From: Octopus sinensis | Lineage: Eukaryota | Length of the DNA stretch: 64,000 nt | Direction of reading: 5' to 3' | Assembly (NCBI RefSeq): GCF_006345805.1 | Contig: NW_021832222.1 | Span: 62,001 to 126,000 of the forward strand | Shown: positions 36,053 through 50,121 of the stretch, in pieces | How positions within the stretch are numbered: position 1 is the first letter of the stretch | Layout of the letters: the number at the start of each line of letters is the position of its first letter | Translations under genes and position numbers: made by a program | Notes under the pieces: model-generated | Told to the model about the DNA's origin: nothing | Database searches by the model: none | The model's input: the letters and a program-made list of their open reading frames with translations, nothing else

Positions 36053-38006
36053 ATGGTTGTTTGTGTGCACATTTTTACTAAATAACATATTAAAATAAAA
36101 TTAAAATAATCTAATTTTAACTAGCAAGCCCCTATTTTAATACTGAAAGAAGGCACTGATGAGACACATGGGAACTCCCAAGTAATAACAAACATCAATG
36201 CCTGTCAAAAACTTGCTCAATCAGTTCGGACCACCCTCGGCCCATTAGGAATGGACAAGCTCATAGTCAATGCAAGTGGTAATAATTTATGCTAATTTAA
36301 CCTAATAGGCGACACAATCATATCAAATGACGGTGCCACTATTCTTGACAGTCTCAATGTCTCTCATCCAGCAGCAAAATTGCTTGTAAGCATCGCCAAG
36401 GCTCAGGATGATGAGGTCTTACTTAATATTCTATAATAGATTGGAGACGGAACCACAACTGTGGTCTTACTGGGAGCAGAGATAGCCGCAAAGTTGACAG
36501 GACATGTTGAAAATGGAGTTCATACCAGAAATATTATTTCTGCTTTAAGAAAAGCTTCCCGACTTTCACTACAACTTGTAAATGAGCTCAAAGTTGATGT
36601 ATTTGGGGGGAACAGGAATGGAAACGACGAAATGTATATTTTTTGTTCATTTTTGTAGTCTACAAAGACGTGTGTATGAAAATTGTGCCAAGACATCTCT
36701 GAGTTCCAAAATAATATCTTCTAACAAGGATTTCTTTGCCAAAATGACTGTCGATGCTATTTTGACGAGTTTTGTGGACCCAAAGATCGTAAATGGGGGT
36801 CCGAGGGTGTGTAAGATGGCACAAAGGTCAGTCAAGGAGATGATTGGGATCAAAAAGATTCCTGGTGGGGCCTTGGAGGTTATTTTTTGAATGTTGGGAT
36901 TGATAGGACTCGTGTTTGATAAAGGGGGTTGCCTTCAAAAAGACATTTAGTTATGCTGGGTTTGAAATGCTTCCAAAGAAACAGAAAAATCCAAAAATTG
37001 CTCTTTTGAATATCGAATTGGAGTTAAAAGCTGAAAGAGAAAACGCGGAAATGCGACTGACATCGACAGATGTTGAAATATATGATTACTATCAATAGGA
37101 ATATCAAAGAGTAGTGGAAGCAGAGTGGAGAATATTATATGACAAGTTGGAACAGATCTACAATTCGGGTGCGACTGTAATTTTGTCAAAGCTGCCGATT
37201 GGAGACGTTGCTGTCCAATATTTTGTCGATTCGTTTGAAATTTGTGGATTTATATTTTTAGTGGAATTTTTGTTGCCGGACGTGTGCCTGAAGATGATTT
37301 GAATCGGACGATGTATGCCTGTGGGGGTTCGATCCAGACTACGTCGACTTCTCTGTGTGACGCGGATCTCGGTCATTGTGAGTTATTTGAAGAGATTCAG
37401 ATTGGTTCCGAAAGGTATTTCTGTTTGTGTGTTTCAGATATAATATATTCACTGGGTGTCCAAAAGCAAGGTCCTGTACAATCTTAATTCGTGGAGGCAC
37501 TGAGCAGTTTATGGAGGAGACGAGTCGATCTCTTCATGATGCACTGATGGTGGTGAAGAGGTCTTTGGTGGCCGATTCCGTGGTGGCTGGTGGAGGTGCT
37601 ATTGAAATGGAGTTGAGTCGTCGTCTTCGTCAATATGCACTCTCAGTAGCTGGAAAAGAACAGATTATTATGTTTTCGATCGCAAAGGCGTTTGAAGTAA
37701 TTCCTCAGCAGTTATGTGAAAATGCGGGATTCAACTCCGTTGCTTTGATGAGTGAACTTCGGCAAAAGCACGCTTCTGGTTAGTGTCCCTATGTCGATCT
37801 GTGAAGGTATGACATGGGCTGGGGTCGATATTGAGAATGAGGGGATATGTGATTTGATGGACAAGTCTGTTTTTGAATTGGCCTCCATGAAGATCAACGC
37901 TTTCACGTCTGCATTTGAATTTGCTGTAAGTCTTCTTAACGTGGATGGGACTGTTAAAAATCCAAAGGTTTCGAGGGAGCTGCCTAACGAAAAGCGCCCA
38001 TTTTAA
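36053..38006 (+). CDS. CCT7: T-complex protein 1 subunit eta (chaperonin CCT7)
   Basis: M|[50 protein letters not shown]|[48 protein letters not shown]. Confidence 0.97.
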
Positions 38007-38138
38007 TAATTTGATTACTCTTTTTTCCTTTCGATACAATTTTTCTTGAGTTTATTATTTCAAAAATTATCTAGTTTATCCAAACTATGTTTTATTGAGT
38101 TTGATTTGATCAAAGTTAATGTTTTAAAACGTGTTTAT

Positions 38139-39359
38139 TTAGTTTTCCTTTTCTAATGTATTGGACTCCGGATTGTAGTTGTCCCCCATTTTCAAGTTGC
38201 GAAATAGCATTGGAACTTTTTTTTGGTGATGCATAAATTTAATCTTGAAATATAGGGAAATTAATACTGATAGCTTTTTAATGTCCTCATATATATTTTC
38301 TACGTCGCCCTGCGCTTCTTTTTTCTTTGATGAATACTCAAATCTGTATTATCAGAATATCGCAGTACTTGTAGTAGTAAAAGTAATCTTTTATTCTCTG
38401 GTACACAAACTCTGCAGTGTATGACGAGCGAAAGATTATTTTGATGCTCTGATCATGCTTTTCTGTGCACGAATCGGTTTTGTTAAGAATCACTGTAAGT
38501 ACATTGTCCTGTAATGAAAATTTTGGCAATATCCTCCACGTCATTCGGCGAATACGAATATATTTGCTATATAGAACGATTCCGCAGAACCCAACACCAA
38601 TTGTAACATCAGTATAAGACTTGATTTTCTGGTTTTTAAGTTTAAAATATAAATACTTTAATCGGAAATTGTTCATATCCGCACAGAGGGATTAGCTTGA
38701 CTAAAGATAAATATATACTGACCGCTGTTGCATGAGATATGTCACTAAATCTCCAAACATTTTGGCTACCTGTATTCCTCGATGAAATAAATTACGTAGT
38801 CGTAATATAAATTGTAGTATCCACCTGATTTTATTCCACATTCTTCGAGTATTGGTTCTATTTTCATGAATTTGTGGCATTTGATATGCATTTGTAAAAT
38901 GGTAAGACGGAGTAGCATCATTTTTGAAATAGGAATTCTATTTCTGGACTGTTTACTTACCCTGTGACTTTGAATTCTGTGATAATTTCACATGCCGCAA
39001 AATATTGAACTATTTCCTGGCAGGTGGTCAGTTCAGTCGGATGATAGCGCATCCCAAAAGATATTCGGTCTTTTATTACTTGAGTTATAAATACCATGTT
39101 TAATGGCGTATTTACAAACAACTTTCGCCAAGTCAAACCAAATCTACATGATTTTTATTATTATCACTCGAATGTCGTTTTTACGTACAAACAGTCCGAA
39201 ATATCGGTTCTGGTTTGCCTTTATTTCTTTGCATATAATCTTTACTAAGTCACCCCCAGTTGTTACTGACTGAAATAGTCATTACCGGTGTACAGAAATT
39301 TTTATAATTTTTTCCGTATCGTCGGGAAGTTTAACTCGACAATTTTTGAATTTATCCAT
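38139..39359 (-). CDS. FERM-domain (Band 4.1-like) protein; ends approximate
   Basis: CRVKLPDD, RYFGLF, FGMRYHPTELTTCQEIVQY (F1 lobe), YLSLVKLIPLCGYE (F2) and DVTIGVGFCGIVLY...RIRRMTWRILPKFS (F3/PH-like lobe). Confidence 0.62.
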
Positions 39360-40289
39360 TTTAACGTGTTTCTAAATATAATTTAATATTTTGATCACTA
39401 CAGATTATGGATTATGAATAGGGAAATTTAAGTACTCTCAAATATTGATATATTTTTAAAATAAAAATAAATTTTATAATTTTAATATAAACAAGGGCAA
39501 AATAATAGCAAGAGGATCATGTTATTATTTTAATATAAAATTAGGAGAAAATATATAAAATATTTTTTAAGAGAATGTGCAGTTTCGAACTGGCCAATTT
39601 TGGGAGAAAGGTATATCATTTTGTTAATTAAAAATGTGGAACAAAAACGGAAAAATATTAACTTTAGAAAACATTTTAATTTATGTAATCAAACAAAAAC
39701 AGATTTGCTCACGGAAGAGAGTAATAAGTTCATTAGATGAAAACAACAAATAAAGGTTGATATTTAGTTTCAGATAGTCACAAATGTATCGAAAAAATGA
39801 TAACTTAAAGAGCGACTAAAAGATAAAATATTACAATTTTCTCTAGCTTGATATTTTTTGTTCGAGATTTAAATTTAAGAATCAACTAATGTTAGTCTAA
39901 TCTTATTATTCAACACATTCATTTCGGAATTAACGAATTTATTGCATTTGATATAAATACTGATACAAATCCCTTGTACTACATCGTTCAAGTAACGTAG
40001 GGTCACCAAGAATGGAAAGTTAATTACGTAATAAATTGTTTTTGTCCGTATCAACAATTTCAGTATCTGGATTTTGTAACTTCAAAAATTGATATGCAAT
40101 TAATTATGATTATGTATGATTGGAATAATTTATTAAAGTTAGTTAAAAAATCTTTAAAAGGTCACGAATGAAATCTTCAAAAAATTCAATTCTTAATTTT
40201 ATAGAATATTTTTATTAAATTTGAAAAATTAAATATCAAATTTTATAAAACTTATTATTTGTTAGGAAAAGTTTGTGGCTAAATTTTAA

Positions 40290-41160
40290 ATGATTATCTG
40301 CGATTCGCATACGATAGTATTCATGAGACATGGAGAAAGTCTATATAACAATGAAGACAAATTCTGCGGATGGCATAACCCAATTTTATCCGAAAAAGGA
40401 ATTCTACAAGCAAACGATGCAGCTGATGTAAATTGATATTTATTTTTAGATGCTTTATAATGGAAATTATCAATTTGATGAAATATTTTGCAGTGCTTTA
40501 AGTCGAACTTTACAAACTGCCGAAATAATAAAAAAGAAGTTGAAATCTTCTGCAACAATATTAGTAGACTATCGCCTTAATGAAAGACATTACGGTCAGT
40601 TACAGGGTTACAAATACATATTTACTTAAGGGCAAATCAAAAAAGATATGGTCAATATTCATGGTTCAGACCAAATTGCTATGTGGAGAAGATCTTACAG
40701 AGAACGTCCTCCTCCAGAGACCAAAGGAATCTTATATTTTGATCCAAAGCTTTTGGTTTTGGTAAATTGTTTATATTATAGCCTAATAATTATGATATTC
40801 CTAAAACTGAAAGTTTATTCGACACAGTTAAACGAGTTAGCGAATTGTGGAAAGATGAAATTTGGCCTAAAATACTTGTAATAAAAGTAGTTATGCGGTA
40901 TTAGGCAAAAAAGAAATTATTAATTGTGGGTCATGGAAGCAGTATTCGCGCTTTAGTAATGATTCTTAATAAATATTCGGAAAAAGAAATAGAAAAAGTA
41001 AATATTCCTAATGGTATTTTGAATGGTTTAAAAATAAGCACTTCCTCTCGTCTACCAAATCGACAATTCTAGCAGAATCATTAATAAATTTTATTTGGCA
41101 GATGAGGAGACTGTCAAGGCTGGTGAATTGTTTGCTGCAAAAATAAAATCAGGACACTAA
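40290..41160 (+). CDS. PGAM: Cofactor-dependent phosphoglycerate mutase (PGAM/BPGM family)
   Basis: VFMRHGESLYNNEDKFCGW (catalytic His), SALSRTLQTA, RLNERHYGQLQG, WRRSY..PPP, TESL.DT..RV, IIVGHGSSIRAL; 22-nt intron 40428-40449. Confidence 0.93.
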
Positions 41161-41994
41161 ATTATTGATAATAATTCGATATTCAATTGATTATTTTTTT
41201 GATAATTTATTTTTTATCATTCACGCAGTTTTGTAGTCATTATTTGGTCTATGATGGGGAATTCAAGTTGTTTGAAAAATATTTCAGATAACACCATAGT
41301 CAATGCAATTCTTTCTAGGGAGCCTGTCATGTTGAGACTGTACTTATCTATTTATTTCTGACTTTCGGTCTTGGCATCAGTTCCACCTTTTCTTTTGGTC
41401 ACTGAGTTATGGCTGAATTTTGTAGGTCTAATTAATCATTCTACTTGCTATGATTTAAACTATCTATGATGATTTGTGGTCCAGCACTTGTCGGTTTTTT
41501 AAAGTCAAATAAAAATTGAACGTTAATAAATATGAATCAAAGGTTAATTACATTTTACTTCTACTGAAGAAATTAGAAGTCGATTTTTGACTAAACAATT
41601 TTTAGACAAATTCTGCTATCGAAAGATATACAACTTGATTTTAAGCATAGTCTTTATGAAATAATCTAATTAAGTACTGAGTTTACGGAGTGAACAAGGG
41701 ACGGCTATCTACATATTTCCCTCCCATCTTTTATTGCACTTTTTTCTGTCCCGCATGAATCCACGCCGAAACAATATGAGAAAAATATTTAAAATAACGG
41801 AATAGTGGTCTACCAAGTCAGTTGGATTTATCAATTTTAATGGATTTGGAAACGTTTGGAAAGCTCTTGATGGACACCGAAAAAGAACCATTAGAATTCC
41901 TCGCTCTGGGATATTCTCGCCGAAGGGCGATGAACTTTGGGTAAGATCAAACCTTCCTAAAAGAAATCCCCTGCTCATAGAAGTGGAAAACACT

Positions 41995-42636
41995 TTAATG
42001 CTCTTCAACTAAACATTAATGGATTTAAAATAAAAATCAGAGAGCTGTACTCACTACTGACAAACCTGAAAAGTAACGTGGCTATGATACAAGGGACCAA
42101 GCTATTTCCTAATGATCATACCCCCACATTCCCAAGTTACAAGGCTATCAGGATAGATTGCAAAGTGAATCGAGGTATCTCTTTCTAGTTAGAACTGCTC
42201 ATTCTAGTTAGAAATAACTTGAAATATATAGATATCTCCTTAAAAGTGATAAAACTTATTGAAGCTGATGAGTTTACCAAAATAACTGGGATCTCGTTTG
42301 AAAGAAAGAAGGGAAGACTATCAATATGTACATTCCGCCCCTGGCACATGTTTAAAGAAATATATTTCCAAATTCCTCAAAACTGGCATGAATTGATGAG
42401 GTTAATGGGGATCTGAATAAAAAGCATCATTTATGACTGTCATCTCAGATGGTCTCTTCAACAACAATAAATGATTCATCAAGAAACACAAGGAATCCTC
42501 TCAGGGTGACGGATGAGCCCACACTGAATGTTACACTTTGCTCTTCATCTCTTTCATCTATTACTGATTGGTCAGTCTTTCACGAAACAAGAATTGACCA
42601 CAATCAATCGTGGTGAGAATCAAAAAGTAGGTCAAT

Positions 42637-42673
<37 letters not shown>

Positions 42674-45600
42674 TGTAGTAAGGGTCAAACTACTAAGTAA
42701 AGTCAACAAACTAATAAATTCTCCCAGCGAGACGGAGGGAACAGCTGTTGCCACGCATGACAGCCAGCAGGATCCTCTGAATGAGGAAAGTAAATTCCCT
42801 AGGGTCCTTGGACCGCGAAGAACAAAGATTCCCAATTTCTTTAGGGAAGTGAGGGTCCGGAGCCAAAGACGCCGGAAGTCTCGACAACGATTGGCCAAAA
42901 CCAAAAGTCATCCATCAAAGACTGATATTTCCGGCACTTCGAAAGCTCAGCCTTATTAGCACGAGACCCAGCAAGAGGCCGATTCGTTGATGAAAGACTT
43001 TGAGAAGGTATCCACACAAGTGGAATCCCAGACCAAAGGTCTCCCAGAATAAAACGAGAACAACGTAGAGCCGTCCGGCCTTTTCCCGTCACCACGGTCG
43101 AGACCCTTAGGCTCAAGGACAGAAGGGTAGCCGGCCTTTTCGAGTGAGTCGAGAATGATTCTGTTAATCGCCGAATGGCGTGGAATACGACCCGCGCTTT
43201 TCTTGCAGGAGAGGGCATGGAGCCCGTATACGTCCATAGTAGATCCGCACCGGCAGGGGTGGGGACTACAGATCGGAAGTCCGAGGCGGAGGCAAATGCC
43301 AAAACGGAGAGCGTCGGAGTCAAGACAGGTGTCCAAATGGGTCGAAGGAAGGCAGTTAAGCCAAGAGCCAGAATGCGGTTGGCGGCTGGCACGGTAACAA
43401 GCCAGTCTGTGCTGGTTCAGGAGAGCCTCCAACAAGTCCGCATGATGCTTACTAAGAATTTTATCCCATTCACGTTGGAGGGACCTATCAGAAGGGAACT
43501 CAAGCCCTTTTTCCTTCCAAGCAAAAGTGCAGAATTAATATCAGAGTCCAAACGAGATCCGGCGATTTTTCAAGAATCTTATGGACAAGAAGATACAATC
43601 CTGAAGACGATGAAAGGAAAGCGGGAAGAGAAATGTCGAGAGCCGAGCGGAGCCCAAGCCCACCAAAAGGAACAGGAAGTTTGGCCTGACGCCAACCGAC
43701 ATCATCGAACTTGACGTTAAAAATAATCTCGGCTGAAGAACGCACCAGAGCGTCAAAAGACTCCAAAGCAGAGGGAACAGAAAAGCAACAGGAACTCCTT
43801 AGGACATATTGATCCTCGGAATCAAAAGAAAGTTTTTTTGGATAAAAAAAGCGGGATGGGGATCGATGTCCACAAGTTTATCACAAAGAGAAGCAGAGCA
43901 TTTCTCTTGGAATCGAGAATACGAGAGACCGATTGGTGGTGGATCGGGGCACCCAGGATTCAAGTTCAGAATAAGAGGTCTGCCTCAGATCGGGCAAGAG
44001 GCCACGAAACTGGGCAAAAAGGTCTTCGAAGGTGAGGTCTTCGACGTTAAGATTAACGATTTCAGATTTTAGAGAATTGATTTCAAGACCAATAGATGAC
44101 AACGCCGGAGTAGAGATTGCAAGTCGTTTAGCAAAATGTCGGGCGGACCACCAATAGTACAGTCGTCCAAATCCAAATATTAAGAGGGGACGCAATCCTG
44201 CGGGCGACAAAGTCCACCGAGAGGGCAAATAATAAAGGACCCAAAGGATCGCCTTGCTGTACGCCACAGGAAGACGAAATGAAAGAATCGCCAGCAACCA
44301 AGAGGCTCGGGTTACCATAAGAAAGAAAAATGAAGGGCAGCAGAGAAGGAATTCTGGCCTTGCAAACCTCAAGAAGATGCTTTCTATTGAGCGAATTGAA
44401 AGCGTTCTTCACATCCAATTTTAATAATAACTGGGGCCGCTCTGAGAGACGAGCCGATTCAATGAAACACCGGGCAGCGTGGACCGAGGCCTCGCACCCA
44501 CCAGGTACCCCCACACCCAACTGAATGGGCTGGAGTTCGTCGCTAATAGAAGGAATTACAAGCTTGCATCCGACCTTTGCAAACAAGCGACGAAAAACGT
44601 TCCCGACGGCAATAGGTCTGATGCCGCCGTCTTTCTTCCCCAAAGCAGACAGGTTCGCAGAGAAGAAGAGCAGTCTGGCATGCTCGGATATGTCCCCACG
44701 GAGAAATAGGTTACAAAGCTTGGCAATGGATTGAGAAAGACGGTTTCCAGCCTCAGCAGTATTGGAGATGAGGTCCATTAAGTGAATGGGACGGAGACCG
44801 TCAACACCACCACTACTGTTCCCCCTGAAAGATTTCAAAGCAAACAAAAGTTGTTGGACAGATGAAGAGGCGATCGAGACCTCCTCAGGGGTCCGGGCAC
44901 AAAAGGCAGGGACATCGCCAGCCGGGTGCTTGGCGCTGAGAATTTTGAGGACATCCGGGGTTATCGAACGGACGGAATCGGAGACGAAAGAATACGGACC
45001 GCAGAGCCGACATCATGCGCCATAAGGCAGGAATTGACACGTTTGCGTAAACGAATACGATTATCTTTAAGAGTAGTTGGTTCATGGGACTTGCCCAGAA
45101 GAGGAGGCAGAATGAAGGAATCCTCCATGAACTTATTAATATTTTCCTTGATGGAAGAGGAAAGGGATTTTACCGAGCCCAAGCCTTGAACTGGGGAGCC
45201 CAGGGCAAATATGGCAAAGCAAAACAAACGGTTCCAATTCGGAATGGACTGAACACAAATGACTGACTCGATCAAAGCAGACAGAGCCTTCGCCGCGGAA
45301 AAACGGGCAGAACGAGGAATTCTTATAGGAATACGATAGGACGCCCGGTAATCACGAGCGAGTCTTAAGACAGACTCTGGATTAAGCAGGAAGGGGTCCG
45401 GCGAAGGGATAGGATTAGTAAAATCAGAGGACCCGGTACAGATGGCAGGAGCGAAATATGACGGGGGGAAAGAAGAGCAAGCAGAGCAAACCCATCGGGA
45501 AGGGAAGAGGCAGATTTCTTAGAAAGCTTGATGCAGGATAAATGGAAAAGGCATAACAACAACGGTCACAACGGATGGTCTTTTTCCGATTATTACGGAT

Positions 45601-46815
45601 ATTGCAAACAGAAAGACAGACATAGATATGGAAAATTAGAATTAGCAATAAATGGATTATTGGTGAGATAGAAAGAAAGAGAAAGAGGAAAAGAAAAACA
45701 AAAAAGAGAAAGGGAAGCAACAATGGATTATTGGATAGCAAATAACAATGAAAAGAAAAAGAAAAAAGTGCACCACAACAGCAATAATAGATTTACTAAT
45801 GTATAAAATTACAATGCTATAAACTAGACATGGTTCAAGAAGTCTTAAGAAATCTTGGAAGCCAAGCTAAAGAATTGTTATCAGGATAGCTTTAGCTCTC
45901 TGGAAAAGCTTATCAGCTACTTTACGAAAATAATTTTGGAAACAAAATCAAGAGCTATGCCCAAACGTGAATTACATTCAGCCAGCAAGTTGTCGAGGGA
46001 GGACTGCCTTGATTAAAGGATAAAATTATCTCAAGAAATCTAACCGAATGAAATTGGATATAAAGCTTCGGATCAGAACATTGAACTAATAAGGTCGAGA
46101 ATAAAACCTGGAAGACCTAGAGATGACTCCGCCTCTTTTAGACATGTGTTTCCCTAACAAAAATTTTGGAAAGGTCGGTGCTTGGAAGAATAAATCAATT
46201 TTTGCCGGAAAGGCCATTTCAACGTGAGTTCAAAAATGAGAAATCCACGTATATATACTTATAGACATTGACTGATTTCATTCGTGTAGGATTTGCAGAC
46301 AAACCGAGGCAATTAAAAACAGTGCTCTGTTCCGTCAATATACACAAAGCTTTTGACTAAGTTTCTAAGAAAAATCTATCATGGAAAATATTTTAAACAG
46401 AATCTCCAGGTAAGCTTAAACTACAGATCACCAACTTTCTAGGTGGACGAAGAAGACTGAAGTCTATTTCACGTTTCACCTATCCCCTGGTCTATTAGAT
46501 CTTTTCCTGGAAAACCTCCCGCAGATGACATTGTATTGGCTTTACGGGATCGAGACATCCAGAAGACCACTAAAATGTTCCAATTTAAACTGGATCGGCT
46601 AAATCACTCGCTAATGAATAACCGGCTCGTTGTGAATGCTGAGAAGTCATCTAAGAATAGGAAATGAGATAGTTCTTTTTAACCTGAACAATGTCATCAT
46701 ATCTTTCAACAAAGTCAGAGGATCTTAGAAATAACTCTTGATATCCATCTCTGTTTTTCTCCAAATGTAGATAACATAGTTATGAAATACGAAAAGAAAA
46801 TGAACGTGGTATAAA
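41995..46815 (+). mobile_element. Decayed Vingi/I-group APE-RT element interrupted by the CRE element
   Basis: ALQLNINGFKIKIREL...VAMIQGTKL (APE, 41995-42150) left of the insertion. Right of it: VLRNLG, KPGRP.DDSASFR, KAFD, ADDIVL and ILEITLDIHLCFSPNVDNI (RT, ~45830-46815). Confidence 0.7.
42639..45780 (-). mobile_element. CRE-clade non-LTR retrotransposon with poly(A) tail; 5' boundary approximate
   Basis: 33-nt poly(T) on + (42639-42671) is the poly(A) tail. RT SSGGVDGLRP, KKDGGIRPIAVG, QLGVGVPGGCEA, LDVKNAFNS, GVQQGDPLGPLLF; LPVPFGGLGLR; CRCG...HALSC knuckle, RHSAIN, GKRPDG, WDSTC, KCRKY endonuclease; N-terminal PHD-like Cys/His pattern at ~45470-45620. GC-rich relative to flanks. Confidence 0.9.
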
Positions 46816-47137
46816 CTTATTGGGAATATGGAAGAATAGTTCTCATCTGGTCTTGGCAAACATACATCGTCAATAAATCAAACCATGCTTGGAAACCGCT
46901 TTTATTTTTGACAAAAAGGAGGAAAATAAAAGAGGATAAATTAAGGTCGTATAGAAACAAACATTTCAGGCTGACCCCTCTGGAGGATCTGATTAATTTG
47001 AACTCTAGAATGACGGTTGTATCGTTCATGGGGTTCCTGGGAAAATTACCCAGCAAAGATGAGGTCGCTTGTAAAGTTGAAAAATATAACAGAAAAAAAG
47101 TTTATTTCCCAAAATAACGAAAAAAACTCAACCAAAA

Positions 47138-48186
47138 TTATTTGCTGTAATTATAGAAGCCTTGTTTGGTCTTGACCCCCAACTTCCCCTCAGCCACCAA
47201 TCTATCCAAAACACTGATCGACTTAAACTGAGGATTGTCTGGCTGAGCCTGCGCCCAAACTAAAACACATTCCAAAATAAAAATGCCAACAGTCAAGAAT
47301 GAACTTGATAGTATCGAGGCCAATCAGATCCGACAATTCAAAAGGTCCAATTGGGTAATTTGCTCCCGCTTTCATAGCAGTGTCGATATCTCTCAACTCA
47401 GCATCCCCTCTGTCGTACATTAACATGGATTCTATGAGATATGGCAAAAGGAGACGGTTCACAATGAATCCTGGAGTGTCCTGTTACTGTTGGAAATAAA
47501 AAACAAGCCTTGCATTGGACAAATGTCTTTCCTAAAGACTCGACATATTTTTTTAGCATTTCAATTGTGTTTTGACTGGTTTTTGTGAGTTTTACTACCT
47601 CGACCAATTTCATTATTGGCACAGGGTTAAAGAAATGGAGTCCTACGCATCTCTCAATCCCGTCGATTCCTTCCATAATATCACCGACGGGCAACGAGGA
47701 TGTGTTGGTTGCAAAAATTGTGGATTTTTGGCACATTTTTTGCAAAGATCCGAAAATTTGTTTTTTTACTTCCAATTTTTCAACGACGGCCTCGATAACT
47801 AAATCCGCAGATTTGGCCACACCCATAATGTTTGAGGTGAAATTTATAGATTTATCACAACTGTTGATTCTACTTATTTCTTCCTGGAATTTTTTATTAC
47901 AAAAATCAACTTCGGAAGCCCCGAAGATTTCAGTTTCCTGGCACTCAATTTGAGTCCCCGAGATATCATGGATTGGCTTTTTGATAAAATTTCTGAGTTC
48001 ATATCGACCACACTGACTTGATAGCCACCAATTGCGGAGACCTTGGGTTCACTTAACTATTTAAACTTGAGCTATTCCTGATCCCATTTGGCCTCCGCCG
48101 ATAATTAAAATGTTTTTTATTCCGAGATTTTGACTGGAACTGAGATATCGAGCAACAATTTTGGCAATTTTTAAATTTAGTACCAT
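47138..48186 (-). CDS. HADH: Mitochondrial short-chain 3-hydroxyacyl-CoA dehydrogenase
   Basis: [13 protein letters not shown] (Rossmann), [40 protein letters not shown]|[41 protein letters not shown]. Confidence 0.96.
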
Positions 48187-49124
48187 TCACGACAGAAAAC
48201 CAAAACAATAAAAAATATTTTTAATCAACATATTTTGTAAATAAATCCAGAATATGTAAAATAAACTATATAAAAAACAGCTCATAAAAGTACAACGATT
48301 ACTGAAGGGAAATGTCAATTCAAATAAGTGCTTATCGATTTTTATGAAGAAGTGATTTTAATAATATGCGAGGACTATATTTCTCATGAATGATTGTTTA
48401 TAGGAAGGTGATCTGCGATTGACATGAGACACGACTTAGGTCATTTACATTTATGATAATTACAGTCAGAATAAAAAGGCGGATTATAATGAATCCTAAT
48501 GGTCAGAGAGCCGAGAAAAGGGCAATTAATCGGCACAGCGGAAATGATTTGGGCTGGAAACTAATATTTCTATTATGGATTGTAGATTTTATTGAAAATT
48601 TGGTCACAAAATGGATTATGTTAAAAAATCAATTCTGATTAATGAAAAATGTCAAACTTGTGACCTGTTCTAAATTATGTTATCAAGTCAGTGGAAAAAT
48701 AAAAGAATTTCAAATAAAGGAAGAAAATTCCCAAAAGTTTGTGCCAATATTGAAAACCAAACTTAATAATAAACGTGTCAATAATACTTGTATTAATGAG
48801 ACAATGTAGGGAAGCCACGGTCTCTTATGCCGCATGAATGTGACCAGAATCCTTACACATTCGTCCTTTAACAATGTCGTCCAAAGTTTTAATTTTACAA
48901 ATATTCGATTTATTTATGGATTTTTTAAATTTATCAATTTTTATACGACTGACATGAATTGTGAGAATTTGTTGAAAAATATGATTTTGGCACAATTAAT
49001 GTTAGCCAATTGACTCATCATGAATTATTAGAATTTAATTATTAAATTGTTTATATTATAAAAGAATTAATTTTTAAAAAATATTATAAATAAACTTTGT
49101 GTCTTTAAGGCTATTGTCCCACTA

Positions 49125-50001
49125 ATGGATGGTTATGACTACATTTATAAAAGTAAGATATATTGGCTTTTATATTTAATAATCAAAAACGAAAAATATT
49201 CCAAAAAGCATAAATTATGTAGCAATTGTGGTCTATATTTATTACTAGCAATTAATCCTGTGGTATTATAACTTCCTCCTATAGTTGTACTGGTCGGCGA
49301 TTCGTCCGTCGGTAAAAGCAATCTTCTCTCCAGGTTTACCAAAGATGACTTTAATCTCGAATCCAAAAGCACAATCGGTGTTGAATTCGCCACCAAGTGA
49401 GCTATTATATATCACTACTTTTCACACCTGACTTATTTTCTTAGAACAGTTGTCTTGGATGACGGAGTTCGAATAAAGGCACAAGTGTGGGACACGGCTG
49501 GACAGGAGCGATACAAAGCAATAACCAGCGCGTAGTGTCCAGTCCATATTTGTAGATACTACAGGGGTGCGGCTGGGGTTATGTTAGTCTATGATATAAC
49601 CAAACACAAAACATATGAGAACTGCACTGAATGGCTTAAAGAATTAAAAGAACATGTCGATTCTTCTGCTGTTGTACAACTGGTCGGGAATAAAGAGGAT
49701 TTGCAGCATTTGAGAGCAGTTTCTGCCAAAGAAGGTGCGAGTTTCGCTGGTTATTTGTTTGGGATATTTCGTAGAGGAAAATGGTTTATTTTTCATGGAG
49801 ACGTCAGCTTTGGGGAATGTGAATGTCGAGGAAGCATTTGGAATTGTATTGAAGGGTGAGTTCACTTTTATTTATTGGAAAGAAATATTCAAGCGAAAGT
49901 CGCATAATTTGGCCAAGGATATTGAGGTGGGTGCAATCAAGCCATCATCACAAACTGTCTCCCTCGGCAAACAATCAAATCCCAACAAAAAGTGTTGCTG
50001 A
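49125..50001 (+). CDS. RAB11: Rab11-family small GTPase
   Basis: MDGYDYIYK|[44 protein letters not shown]|YYRGA, GNKEDL, ETSAL, C-terminal CC; introns of 24-27 nt (e.g. 49532-49555) plus longer 5' introns. Confidence 0.96.
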
Positions 50002-50121
50002 TAAATATTAAGTTTATTTCATATGATTCTGGCTTAATACTAATAAAGTTATTTTACGACTTTGTAAATGAAGTAGGAAATTACTTAATGCAACAAATAA
50101 TTAGTAGTGTTAGTACAACAA

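Noticed and set aside
40290-41160. Bacterial origin or contamination for the dPGM gene
   Set aside because: It contains the same 22-27-nt spliceosomal introns and AT content as neighbouring genes.
43175-43714. Long antisense ORFs over retroelements (43175-43714, 43881-44372 alternative frame, 5956-6501)
   Set aside because: These are shadow ORFs of GC-richer RT coding sequence with no recognisable motifs.
42633-45787. CAATAA as TSD of the CRE element
   Set aside because: A 6-bp AT-rich match is expected by chance here, and the 5' boundary cannot be fixed without other copies.
46817-47117. Short ORFs between the Vingi-like remnant and HADH
   Set aside because: No family motif, start context or splice support could be established.
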